A stretch of 62,035 nt of DNA, the filler included, from Rhabdomonas costata (lineage: Eukaryota), in assembly GCA_019059605.1 (NCBI GenBank). It is 27 parts of 27 records of this genome, joined end to end, with 100 filler letters (N's around TTAATTAATTAA, not from the genome) between each part and the next. Parts side by side here need not be neighbours in the genome. Positions count along the whole stretch, not along the records: positions 48,335 to 50,535 come from JAHMHO010004891.1; positions 50,636 to 52,835 come from JAHMHO010004892.1; positions 52,936 to 55,135 come from JAHMHO010004893.1; positions 55,236 to 57,435 come from JAHMHO010004894.1; positions 57,536 to 59,735 come from JAHMHO010004895.1; positions 59,836 to 62,035 come from JAHMHO010004896.1; 21 more parts are not named here. One strand, written 5' to 3'. Position numbers and translations under genes: made by a program. The notes under the pieces were generated by a model. It was given only the letters and a program-made list of their open reading frames with translations. It searched no databases and was not told the DNA's origin. Shown piece by piece: positions 50,416 to 62,035 of this stretch (positions within the stretch are counted from its first letter, which is position 1; each line of letters opens with the position of its first letter).

Positions 50416-51000
50416 ACCCTGCTTTCACAAAGCACGCCGTCTAATGCCGCGATTATCTTAAAAAAAAGCATCTTCCATTTCGAGAGAATACAACAACAAG
50501 CGAAGAACTGCTATTAGCAGAGGTTCACCCCACCCNNNNNNNNNNNNNNNNNNNNNNNNNNNNNNNNNNNNNNNNNNNNTTAATTAATTAANNNNNNNNN
50601 NNNNNNNNNNNNNNNNNNNNNNNNNNNNNNNNNNNGTTTTTCGGTTGGACGGTGTGTCTGTGTATACATACATGTGTTGTGTATACATGTGTGGTGTGGT
50701 GTCCCTCGAAAGAATGGGCCCCTTTTGGGGAGTGCATGGGGGATGGGGGGTGGGTGAGTTACTGTTTATTCAATTGATTGATATACCGCAGGTAGAAACG
50801 GCACTGGAAGCCGAAATGCTTCATTGGAATAAATCCATCAACAGACACTGCCTATGTTCCGGAGAGGGGAGTTCCCCCCCCCAAAAAAAAACAGATGCAC
50901 CCATAACCACAACTATGTGTTAATGCGTTGCCGGCGTTGACAGGTGATCCTTGCTCTCAACTTCTTCCTTTCCCTTTTGTGTGCTGTCATTTTCATGCAG

Positions 51001-51567
51001 AGCGTGTCGTTATTTTTCCCAGGACTCAATCCGACCTCCCGGTCCATTGGCAACAGCCCCTCAGTGCTGCTGGTACAGCGTGGCAAGGATCCCAGCAAGG
51101 GCTTATGGGCTCTTCCTGGGGGCAGCCTGGAGTTTGGAGAGACCTTGCTCGAATGCGCTGAGCGGGAGCTGATGGAGGAGACTGGACTCAAGCTTTGCCC
51201 AGGCCAACCCTATCGAACGTATACTGCCCTGGACGTGTTTCAAAAGGACCCCAAGAATCCAGGCACGCAGCTGCTGGTTTCCAGGGTTTCCACCTTGGCA
51301 CTGGTTCTTCCACTTTCTGCATTGCGGCTGCATCTTCGCGTTTGTTTAGGAGGGCCTCCTCTTGGTCACTTTGTGCTGGTTGTTGTGGCTGGATTCTCCC
51401 GTGGAGACCCTGTCCCTGGCGACGATGCCCCGGCAGCACGCTGGGTACCCTACGATTGCATCCCCAGCCTTTCCGAGGGTACTGTGCCAAACCTTGTGAA
51501 AACAATTGATCATGCACTGGAGCTGCTCTCTTCGAACCTCCTCAGTGTGTTGCCTTTGAAGGACTGA
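51001..51567 (+). CDS. Nudix hydrolase (ADP-ribose pyrophosphatase-like); probable intron 51263-51349
   Basis: VLLVQRGKDPSKGLWALPGGSLEFGETLLECAERELMEETGL contains the Nudix box, followed by HFVLV...PGDDA.AARW. Confidence 0.93.
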   Translation, partial: SVSLFFPGLNPTSRSIGNSPSVLLVQRGKDPSKGLWALPGGSLEFGETLLECAERELMEETGLKLCPGQPYRTYTALDVFQKDPKNPGTQLLVSRVSTLALVLPLSALRLHLRVCLGGPPLGHFVLVVVAGFSRGDPVPGDDAPAARWVPYDCIPSLSEGTVPNLVKTIDHALELLSSNLLSVLPLKD

Positions 51568-53210
51568 CGGTTTCTGGGAAGCAGACGTTGCTAACCTTTT
51601 GAGTGTAATGAGCTGTCAACGAAATCTTCCCCACATCCCGGATCGCAGGTTTTCGAACCCCGGTTGGGAACTGGCGGTTTTTGGGGGTCTTGAGACAACC
51701 ATGGTTTGTCCAAAATGACACGCCACCTTTCACCTCGTATTCCATCCTGTCTGCCGCAAGGACGCCCCTTGTCCCCGCGTTCTTCTCAATGGCCGCGCTT
51801 TTACGCGCTGGGTTTATAGTGACACGGCTCGGCTTGCAATCGCACCGCTCAAATGCAACCCGCTCAGCGGTATCCCGCCGATGCTTTCACCGGCCCCGCA
51901 TAACGCCGACCGGTACGGCATTGAGCACTTTCGTCCGGGACCGCCTGGCGTTCAATAAAACGAACGCCGCACTTTGGACAGGCAGTTCGTGCACTTCGTT
52001 CGTCCTTGAAATCCCGTCCCAATAATAGGTGGCGTCTGCGCTGCGCAATACGTTCCATTAGTGCTGGGCGCTACTATGATCTTTTGAAGATATATTGAAT
52101 TCATTGGTTCTTTTTTTGGGGGGGAGGGGGAGTATAAGATGTGATTGCGCCCTGCCGCAGTGAAAACGTTATGAAAGTCGAACGAGAGAGGGGTAAGGGG
52201 AGATGTGTCCGTGTGGGAATGCGCCACCTTTTTTTCAGCTCCGAGAAGTCTGGGTCGCTGGGAAGTCCCCCCACCGTAGGTGGGGGCGGAGCCCCCCCGT
52301 CGTGCTGCGGGGAGGCATTCGGGAGTGCCGGCACCACTCCAACGGTGGCTGTGGATGGGCCTCAGGAGGGGGGAGGCTTCCACCGCGACACCGCTGGCGC
52401 TAAGGCTGGCAAGCTGTAGGCCCGTGGGTGGGTGGGCTTTCCTACCCCAATGCGGACTCCCTGCCCTGCCATGCCCTGCCCTGCCCTGCCCTGCTATGCC
52501 CTCCACCTACCTCCAATCACCACACCTGTGATCATCTGTCTCGGAACCTATCTCATTTCATTGTGTTCTAGAAACCCTTACCGCCCGATGTCCCATTCTC
52601 GCTATTTTTTCCCCCACACTCACCACTGTGTACCATTGACTATTGGCTGGGCATGATGCCGGACTATGGAAGTGGATGAAAGTGGTCCACTTTGCATTTT
52701 GTTATGTGTCTGTTTTTACCGACAAAGAGCGCTTTTTCAGTGGCATTCTAAAAAAAACACGCCCTTTGGTGTTCCAATTTTGCCCCGCCAGGAAACCCGA
52801 CTTCCGTTAGCTCGGTGCAAATTGTCCCCCCACCCNNNNNNNNNNNNNNNNNNNNNNNNNNNNNNNNNNNNNNNNNNNNTTAATTAATTAANNNNNNNNN
52901 NNNNNNNNNNNNNNNNNNNNNNNNNNNNNNNNNNNGGTTGTGGAAAAACCAATGTGGAACAATAAAACCCTGAAAACAGGCGATTTTTCTGCAAACAAAA
53001 GGGTTACAGTCATGTTCAAAAACGTACGAAACAAGTGTATACTTTCGAGGTGCGTTAAGTTTACGCAAAGTCTCTTTGTTGCTTTGTCCTCTTCTTTTAC
53101 AAGTTTGCATTGTTTGGGGTTTCTTTTTAATGAAGGCGGGTTCGAGTTTGTTCACATCTTGCATTCAAGCGCAATCGTGAATTTCACGCCCCTTTTTTGT
53201 TTACCTCCAG

Positions 53211-54689
53211 ACTACGGTGTTCGAATCTGGAGGAGGGTTTCCGAGCTGGCGGAGCGTGACGCGGTGCTATTTTCGGGCCGCGCGAAGCCCTCTCTTGAGG
53301 GAATCGTGCTGGGGGCGGCCAACGACTCCGTGGTGCTGGCATCGTTGTCCGAGATCCTGCGAGCCTCGTCTGCTTTCAACCCTTTGGCCGAGGCGATTTA
53401 CCCGCCCAAGTTGAACCCAGCTGGAGTGTATGTTCCTATCTACCCCTTACACATGGTTGTGGAGCTATCTGAAGACAACGTTGTTGCGGCCTCGCTTGCT
53501 TATTTACGCCACCGGATGTATTTTTAGTTACCAGTGGTCACTAAAGTTGTAAAGTTGACCAGACACATATAAAGAACATGCCTGTTTTGGGCTGAGCGCA
53601 AGATGATGCGCTGCTCGTTTCGCGATCACATTGGACCTCGTCACTCTCCTCTCCCGTGATTGTGTTATTGATGTGCTTTTCCCCTCTGCAGGTACAGTGT
53701 GCGTTTCTACATTGATGGGAAGTGGAGATATATCCTTGTGGATGACTGGATCCCTTGTGACGAGCAAGGCCGCGCTGCATTTCTCCGCCCCACAAAAGGT
53801 TGGTGCATATGCGTACACGCACTCTCCGAGTCTCTCCTTGCTTGTTTTGCTTGCCTTTACTTTGTCTATGCCTGCTGTACTCTCTAACAGCTGTGCTGCT
53901 TCGCTGTGCTGTGAAGCGTAAAGATGCTGGAAATGAAAAGCGCGACTTTTGTTTTCAAGGGTCTGAAGTGTGGATTTACTTGCTGGAAAAGGCTGTGGCC
54001 AAGCTGTATGGCTCCTATCAAGCTTTGGACAGCACTGCACTTCGGAGTCCTGATGATCGCTCGGTATGAAAGCTTGGACCTCACCGCTTATTTTTCAAGA
54101 GATGCTACACCTACAACCTCATCTGAATGCTGTTTTTTTTTCGCAGGTCAGCTCTGCTATCCTTATGAAGGATTTGGTGTGGCGCTCGGTTTTCTCCGCT
54201 GATTTTTTTGTACGGTTGTATGTTTTAATTCCTTGTAATGCCTTGTTCGGCACTTGGTTTCCACAGACAGCTGGAGTGGGCATCAGCCGGGATCTCAACC
54301 ATGCCGAGTTTGAGCCTGACAAGTGGTGGCTGACTCTGGAAGACATTTCGTCCCGAGGGTACGTTAGAAAGACTGGCTTGTGTTCATCTCCACTGATCGC
54401 CACCAGGTTTGCGGGGTGCATTTCATTTCTCATTCTTGCAATGGGGTGTGCCAAATTTCAGGGCTTTGTGCACGACGGACTGTGCGGCTTCTGAGAAGGC
54501 AGAGAAGGCCGCGTTGGGACTCAGCGCAGTATGCATTTTCTTCTTTTTGAGAAAATGATATGATGTGAAGAGAAGGTCTTCACTTGTCTCCTTTTTCTTT
54601 GTTGCAGGGGACCACATACATCTTGAAATCCGCTCAGTCGGTGAATGGGTTCCGGCTGGTGTATCTCCACAGTGACTGGGTTGAGCAAG
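53211..54689 (+). CDS. Calpain-like protein (CysPc domain, catalytic triad substituted), seven exons
   Basis: Motifs WRRVSEL, NPAGV|YSVRFYIDGKWRYILVDDWIP, EVWIYLLEKAVAKLYGSYQAL, DL|TAG and VNGFRLV. Confidence 0.92.
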
Positions 54690-54691
54690 GC

Positions 54692-54698
<7 letters not shown>

Positions 54699-54723
<25 letters not shown>
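54699..54723 (+). repeat. (CT)n microsatellite in an intron
   Basis: Directly visible. Confidence 0.9.
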
Positions 54724-55935
54724 TTCTAAGCTCGTGCGTCCGTGTGTGTACGTGTGTGTATATGCAAAGCTGTGATAGGTGTATTGCTGTTCCAGTTGAT
54801 CAGTTCTAAAACAGTGGTCGCGGAGGCGACCAAACGGCTTCCGAATACATTTCTGTGAAACAAACAGTGGGAATGTAATCCCCGTCGGTGAAGCTTTGGT
54901 TAATACATGCCCCTGATGTCCGGTCACTCGGGGACGCCAGCACGCCGATGTCCTATCAGCAATATTCTCACACACGGGAGTGAGCGAGCAAGCGAGCAAG
55001 CGAAGTCCGCGCTAATGCTGAGATTGAGTTCTTTCAATGATGACTTTTGGGGGCAGTACCTTCTGGATTATTATGTGAGGCACTTCTTGTGTCCGCTGGT
55101 TGAAAGCCAAGCGTTCAGCCAGCGGACACAAACCCNNNNNNNNNNNNNNNNNNNNNNNNNNNNNNNNNNNNNNNNNNNNTTAATTAATTAANNNNNNNNN
55201 NNNNNNNNNNNNNNNNNNNNNNNNNNNNNNNNNNNTGTGGTGGGTGTGGGTGGTGGGGTTGGGCGGGTAACGGTTTATCGTTGTGGTGTCAAAACGCGAA
55301 TCTGGTCATTCTGTTGAACTGATTCGAACTGATTCGAACGGTGTTGCGATGACTGAAACAGCGGCATTCGTGAGTGCGGCAATGCCCATTGAATTCCAAG
55401 CGCAGTGCAATGAAAATGAGGGCATGTATCACATGCACAGCCCGCGACCGGAACAAGCGTAGCTGTATTCTGGTGCCTTTGACCAGATCCACCCTGTCCC
55501 CTGTGCATCAGTTGGCCTTGTGTTTTCCCTCTATATTACTTCTGTGTTAAATTGGGTTCTGGTTGCACCATCATGTTGGGAGTGCCACTTCCGCTTTCAA
55601 CGTCATGGCATGCAGCACGAGTTTCCTCTTCAATTTCAATTATTAATGCTTCCGTACTTTTTCCTAAGCTTCCGAACTTTCTGAAGTAGCAACATCAAAG
55701 ATTTGAAAAAAAACGTCCGTCATGAACCAGAATGTGCATTCTGGAAGTCAGGGCTCGAATGGACCCCTTGCGCAGCCGTTGTCGACTTGCAAGGGCTCCA
55801 GCGTACGAAAGGCAGGGCACTAGTTACAGGAGCACTGGAATAAACGTCACGAGACTCACACAGAAGCACACTGGGAAAGGAGCGCGCCAAAACCCAAAAG
55901 AAAAGCCGGGGTGGGGATTGAGTGGGGTGGAGCGC

Positions 55936-56077
55936 TCATTCATCCTTGTCCTCGACCCGCTTCCTGACCTCCTCGCGGGCGTTGAACTCCTTCAGATAGG
56001 AAAAGTACCGGAACCCCACGAGGCACAGCAACAGCCCGGGAGCGGTTTGGAAGACGTACCGCTGCCATGCGTAGAGG
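55936..56077 (-). CDS. Terminal exon of a small single-pass membrane protein (possibly cytochrome bc1 subunit QCR8-like)
   Basis: A CAG acceptor precedes LYAWQRYVFQTAPGLLLCLVGFRYFSYLKEFNAREEVRKRVEDKDE*, which has one TM helix and a charged tail. The family guess is tentative. Confidence 0.4.
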
Positions 56078-58240
56078 CTGCGTGTGCGAAAGGGTGGAGG
56101 TGTGTGGTGTGTTAGAGAGAAAGGACGGGAAATGCAGATCAGCATCACCCTCCAACCCTTCAAAGGGTACCACTTGGGACGTAGCAGCACGACCCCCCCA
56201 CACATGCATCTCTTCTCTAAAATAGCCTGTCTAAAAACTTTTCAAAAAAAAAGCAGATCACTGAGGTCAACGGCATGGTGTGTTTCGCGTTAGGCCCCGG
56301 ACGACTGATGCAGGTCCGGGGGCTGGCTTTATAGGCTAGACAGACCCATAAGGAAGGACACTTAGAACAACGATAGAGAAATTACAGTAAAAATAAATCG
56401 AGCAATCAATGGCACCGCAGACTTGCTGAGCTGACTCGTGCCCTGAACATCAGTGAAACTCACACTTGTTTGGCCTTGAAAACGCACAAAAACGTTAGCG
56501 CACCCCCCCCCCCCCCGCCGCAAAAATGCAAGTGCTTCAGCAACTTCCGACTCCACGCTGACGCTGCACTTGTGACTTTATCCCCCGCATCTGTGTTCCA
56601 AAAACATTTCCAGGCGCTAAGGAACTTGACACACTTGAAAAAGCCAATCCAGCAAAGGGGTAGGGTCAGAACATAAAGAGCAGAAAACCTGATTTTAGTC
56701 AACACCAGGTCCTCAGCATTTCCGGGGGACGCAATGTGCAAGAAGAGGACTTGGATCATCGCCTAGCGTATCGTACAAAAAAAGAAATAACACGGATGAA
56801 GGGGGTGGGGGTTAAACTGCGATGCACATGCTCCAGAGAATTGGGGTGTTAGATAGCTGCGTAGTGTGCGCCGTATGCTGGACCGAGCCTGTCAACCAAT
56901 TTTTTTACATCTGCGTTTCATCTGCAATTTGCTCAGACTCAGCATAAGATCCATCCACCAGTTTCACTCGTGCAATGTGTGCTCCATGCAGTTGTTTTTT
57001 ATGATGCAATAAGCCGTGGTCTCTTCTGCACGCAAAGAATCCCCCAACACCCTGTGGGGCTGTCCTTTTGCCCTCGGCCGGTGTGGTTTCCAATTGGAAG
57101 CGCTTCTTTTTTCTGAAAACAAAAATAAAGTGCTTTGTCTCTTCTCTGCGATATGCATAATTCTTGGCATGTTAGTCAACGTGGCTGTCTTTTTTTTTTG
57201 GACATTTTCGCTGCGACACGGGTCATGAGTCAAGTTCCCATGAGCCATGAGGCTGTTAAACAACAACCGTGGATATGTATCCATGCTTTTGGTTTTGGAT
57301 CGTTTTGATGGGTCTTGCTTTATGGGAGGCAAACGAGAATATTTGCGTTGGCAGCACGACGGTCTGTCCGCATCAGGGAGATTTGAAAAAGTCCGACCAC
57401 GGCCAGCGCTGCCGACTGCAGCATCACCACGGCAANNNNNNNNNNNNNNNNNNNNNNNNNNNNNNNNNNNNNNNNNNNNTTAATTAATTAANNNNNNNNN
57501 NNNNNNNNNNNNNNNNNNNNNNNNNNNNNNNNNNNGGGTTGTGTGTTTGAGCCTAATGCTAAGTGTCCCCACCAGCACAGGTTGTCACGCTCATCTTCCC
57601 ACCCTCTCCCGTTACCGAGGAGCACACTGTTTTTCTTTTTGTTGTACCGTGAATGAGTTCCTGTGCTTCACTTTTCCCACTTTCTGCTGAACTCGGGCTT
57701 GCCACGTACAATACTTACAATGGCAGGTATGCAAGAGGGAGCTGTTTGGATTTGGATAGACTTCAGGTTCGCGCCGGTGCTCTCCCCATGAACTTTTGAG
57801 GCAATTGGAAATCCACGAGAGCTTTGGGGGGGATGGGTTTTCAATACGTATGCATCTTCGCGCAGACGTGTGCTCATGGAATCGCTGTCGGCGGCGTGTG
57901 CTCGTGCAACGAAGGCTGGGCTGGGCTAACCTGCTCAGTGCCTTGCCCCACTTACGCAGGCATGCCTTGACTTCGAAGAGCCCCTGTTCTCATCTCTTAC
58001 ATTATTGTTTGTTTTTTTTTGGGTGGTTATAAAGCCTTAACCTGTCTCTCAATTCTCCGTACATGAGTGTGGCAACGTCTTCTGCATTCCTAGCATCTCG
58101 ATCAATCCCAATTATGACTTTTCTAAAACGATATTTGGGGGAAGGGATGTTTCGGAAAGGGACGTTGATGGGGCAGTACGACGGAAGGTTGCTGCTGTTC
58201 TGCTTCGCACTGGTGCTAGGTTCATTCTCCCTCACTTTAG

Positions 58241-59154
58241 GGTTGGTGTGCGCGGGCCATGGCTCGTGCCTGGAGGGACCCCTGGGCAGCGGTGCCTGCG
58301 TGTGTGAGCCTTCTTGGTACTCATCGGACTGCTCCGCTTCATGCGACGCTGACAAATGCTTTGGGGGTACAGAGGGGACCCACGCCGTGTGCAATGCCAC
58401 CACAGGTCTCTGGCAACCCTCCTCCCTCTACCACATTTGTTTTTGAAACCTGAGTTTTCTCATTCTTGATGAAAAGCCTGGTATTTTTTTTCCTAATCTC
58501 CTGGTTGTGTGGCTTTGCGTCAGGAAAGTGTCAGTGCCTCTCCGACTCGACATTTGGGCACTGGGACCTCAGCTCCAACTGCACCGTGTGCGCAGCGGGG
58601 TGGTGGGGACGCTGGTGCACCCTGCAGTGTGACTACTGCAATGGCCGCGGCATGAGCTTCATCTTTTACCTGTTTAACCTCGTCTCCTTTTCCGTTGCCT
58701 TGCTGCGGGAGCTGAGATCCCCTCATCCTCTCCTTTCTTTTGCTCCAATAGAATTTCGAAACTTTGCGGTGTCAGAAGCCTCCAAAATGGGTGGTAAACA
58801 CCTGGGCTTCCACAACTGAAAGGCGGTGGCAAATCTTCACGGGGCAGGCGCTTAGGATTTTCGCTGTCGTCGTGAAACATGAATCTGGTGCCAATTGCGG
58901 CCTGCAACAGGAAACTCGGACGTCAGCTGGTGCCCCCCAATTCGTCGTCATGGCTGCGCTTTCAGTTCCGCTAATTTTGCAGTGTTTGTAATTTTTTCCG
59001 GGTGTGAATGTAGGGGAGGAGGCTTCTTTCATCCGGGGCGTGGTCGTTTGACTTGATTTGCTTTTTGGTTTTCTGCTCAGGAACGTGTGACCCGGCAACG
59101 GGTGGGTGTATTTGCAGCGGCAACTTCACGGGAACTGCCTGCCTCTTCTGCAAG
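58241..59154 (+). CDS. EGF/laminin-like cysteine-rich repeat protein, internal exons 58241-58405, 58524-58649, 59081-59154
   Basis: Spliced product: VCAGHGSCLEGPLGSGACVCEPSWYSSDCS...CNATTG|KCQCLSDSTFGHW....CTVCAAGWWGRWCTLQCDYCNGRG|TCDPATGGCICSGNFTGTAC. Confidence 0.9.
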
Positions 59155-60382
59155 GTGGGTTCCCCTCCCCTCTGCTGCGACCTGGCTCTTGGCTGGGGCT
59201 TTCGGTGTTGGTCCTCATTTTGCCTAATTCCTGTCAGTTCTCAATTCCCGCATTTGGGAGTGGAGGGACTTTTTTAGCAGCGCCATACTCTGAGCACCGA
59301 TAAGTGGGCAAGATTGTTGTATCCCACCAATAGAATATGGCAGGCGGCTTTTCTGATTGGATCAGGGGTACGCTGGAAAAGTTATTTCGCCACCATTTAC
59401 TGAACGGATCTGTACCGTGTTTGGTAGCTTGATATTGATCAAGTCCACTACCGCTAAGTGCCTTTCTCCCCCTTTCCACCAAAGCTCACTTTTAAAGTTA
59501 TATCAAAACATTCTCCTTGTGGTGTGTGTGTGTGTGTACCCATGGCCCCGCGTACAATGTGGATTGGGGGTCACATGGGGTAAACCAACCCTACGTGACA
59601 AGTAAGCGGGACAACGTACCATGGGCTGACAAGGGTGTGAGGCCCAATGGGCCCATGCCCCATCGAAAGGTGGGAGCCCAGGGGGGAAGTGGACCTCGAG
59701 TCCTCCCCAGAAAAAACTCATCCTTGCCAAGTGCANNNNNNNNNNNNNNNNNNNNNNNNNNNNNNNNNNNNNNNNNNNNTTAATTAATTAANNNNNNNNN
59801 NNNNNNNNNNNNNNNNNNNNNNNNNNNNNNNNNNNGGGGGTTTGTGTGTGCGGTGTGAGAGTATGTGGGAGTATGTGTGTATGGGGCGGCACACTTGTGG
59901 GTCGCCCGCAGAAAGCAGGCGCAATCGCTCTCTTCATAAGTTCTTAGAGAAGGTGTCGTCGAATCTCCTTTTTAGGGCATCAACGAGACCTTTGAGTCAG
60001 TTCGAAGCTCACCATTTTCTTCAATGGGTGAATTAAGGATGGAATGGGGTGGTCTTTAATATCCTCAGCGACAGATGAAATGTAGATGCTGCATGTGCAC
60101 ATACGTGTTGCTCAATAATTCTTTTGGTCTTGATCTTATGCAAGTACCCATGAGTATGAGTAAATTTCCTTGTTTCAACCTGAAACCGTTGAGTGCTTGA
60201 GAGAGGGACTCACACAACGAATCCGTTTTGCCCTAAAATCATCACACTGTATGATGATGCATGTATCTGCCCTATTTTTTTCTGTGCCAGGCAATCCCTT
60301 GTATTCGGTACTGAAAACGGCTTTCTTCCCGTCGTTTTCCTTCACCTTCACCTTCACTTGAATTTCTTTGTTATTCGAGTTC

Positions 60383-61893
60383 ATGATGGCAATGAGGCAG
60401 CTTCTGCGCCTCCGCTGCTGCTGGACTGCCGGCTGCCGGGCAGGCTTCCTTCGTTCTCGGCAGTACACCTCCGTTCCAACTCCTCCCAAAGATTTGGGGT
60501 GTGCGCTGCTCTTTGTTGACGTGAGTATTACGCCGTGTGGCACTTTCACGGTGAAGGCGTTGAGCTCATTCAGTGTGCGGCACAGCCAGCTCCGCGTTCA
60601 CAGATTTTTGCACTCAATTGTTCACACAAACTGTCCGTGTTAAGTATGACCCAGGTAACTGGGTCGACTCCTCTACCAAGCCCACCCAGTGCTTTGCTTT
60701 TCGTTTGGGAAATTCGCCTTGATTACTTTCTTCTTCATGTTAGTTACACGTAAGTTCAGAACCATGCTTTTTAGTTGTAGGCCGAATGAAACATGACATT
60801 GGAAGGCCTTCAGCATTCATTTCGGAGTGTTCTCAAGACTTCGAAACCAAGCACTTTCGAGTTTCGACATTTTAGCGTTCCTTGCTCTTACGACGAGCAG
60901 TAGTGATGATGTATTCCTTCCTGTTAGTCAGACATTGTGCAAGCGAAGATGTTCACCAGGCTCCACTCCTTTGGAGGTATGGGGAAACGGGGTGACGTTT
61001 GGTTTTCCCAGCGATGAGTGCTCGATGACGTTCATAATCGCCCGCACGAAGGAGAGCAAGACGGTGGTTTGCCGCGAGAACCAGACTCTGTTGGAAGTGG
61101 CTCGGATGCACAACATCCCTCTGGAGGGCGCCTGTGAGGGGGCCTGCCGGTGCTCTACGTGCCATGTGCACGTTCAGCATAAGCATCTCTTCGAATGGCT
61201 GGAGACGAATAAGGCACGACCACGGGCACACATAACGCAATTTAGAAATGGGCAGTTGCACACGCACGCACGCGCACGCGTATAAACATTCGAGACTCTT
61301 CTTGTTGAGCCCTAGTACACTTGAATTTGGCCCTTAGTTGTGGTGTCGGAACCCAATCTCCACTCGTTCTGCCTGATATCGTCATCCGCTGGGGACAAGG
61401 ATCTTGCTCATGAGGATCAGGAAGGCAATACCCCTTGGACCAGTGTTGTTGGTGGCCTTCTGCGGAGCCAGAGTTGCACTTATCGTTCCAGGAAGGACGT
61501 TTCCAAGGTTTCCAGGTTTCCACTAGAACCCTCTTGTTTCCTCACAGAACGCGGTTTATAGGTTAGCGTTGGTTTTTTTGCTTTTGTAAATGCTTGGGTC
61601 GGTCTTCTTTTTATCTATTTATATTATCGTTGCTTCCCCCGACAACGGTAATAACCACCGAATTGAGGGCAAACGTTTGATCAGCTCCGGGCTCCCCCCT
61701 CCCGTGCGCCACATCCTCAAAGCCTCCGACCGACGAAGAGAACGACATGCTGGACCAAGCCTTTGACCTCCAGTCCAACTCCCGGCTTGCCTGCCAGGTG
61801 GAGATGAAGCGAGCCCTGAATGGGCTCGTGGTGCGCATCCCGGAGGCCACCCGAAACTTGGCCGTGGACGGCTATGTCCCTTCCCACCACTGA
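60383..61893 (+). CDS. Mitochondrial [2Fe-2S] ferredoxin (adrenodoxin/Yah1 type), complete; exons 60383-60498, 61012-61213, 61723-61893
   Basis: Arg-rich presequence, then LEGACEGACRCSTCHV, EENDMLDQAF...SRLACQ and PEATRNLAVDGYVPSHH*. Confidence 0.96.
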
Positions 61894-62035
61894 CACTGCA
61901 GCAGTGCTGTACTTTTTTGTATTTGTGAAAGCAACAGTGGGCTTCACCAGTGACATTGCAGCATTGCAAGTGCAGCAGTGCCGAGAAAAATCATTTCTGC
62001 TCTTGTAGGAGTGGGAAAGCCGTTTAACCCAACCC

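Noticed and set aside
2206-59835. Regularly spaced TTAATTAATTAA motif as a CRISPR-like or biological repeat
   Set aside because: It is always centred in 88 N and separates contigs of near-identical length. It is an assembly linker, so gene neighbourhood across spacers is meaningless.
634-61893. Euglenid-type non-conventional introns
   Set aside because: Every junction I could fix by protein continuity was GT-AG or GC-AG; none required non-canonical borders.

Overview
This window is not one locus. It is 27 unrelated contigs of about 2.2 kb, joined by an artificial 100-nt spacer (44 N + TTAATTAATTAA + 44 N). The DNA comes from an intron-dense, flagellated microbial eukaryote: CFAP53, SAS-6-like and a catalytically dead calpain make a euglenozoan plausible but unproven. 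G/T-rich contig starts, C/A-rich contig ends and terminal fold-back hairpins point to whole-genome amplification. Manual splicing recovers fragments of two EGF-repeat proteins, CFAP53, a Sel1-repeat protein, Serinc, an ABCG transporter, an LRR protein, 2-isopropylmalate synthase, SAS6L, a midasin-like AAA+ protein, a dual-specificity phosphatase, a MaoC dehydratase, a delta12/omega-3 desaturase, GPC1, a TRAF zinc-finger protein, a Nudix hydrolase and a calpain-like protein, plus a complete mitochondrial ferredoxin. Two signals are most unusual. First, at 46591-48234 (minus strand) there is an array of ten homologous symmetric phase-2 microexons (57/69/81 nt) that could be spliced in any combination in frame. 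Second, about 10% of inferred introns use GC donors (G|GCA), and the GT donors are weak. All family calls are from motif recognition, not database searches.
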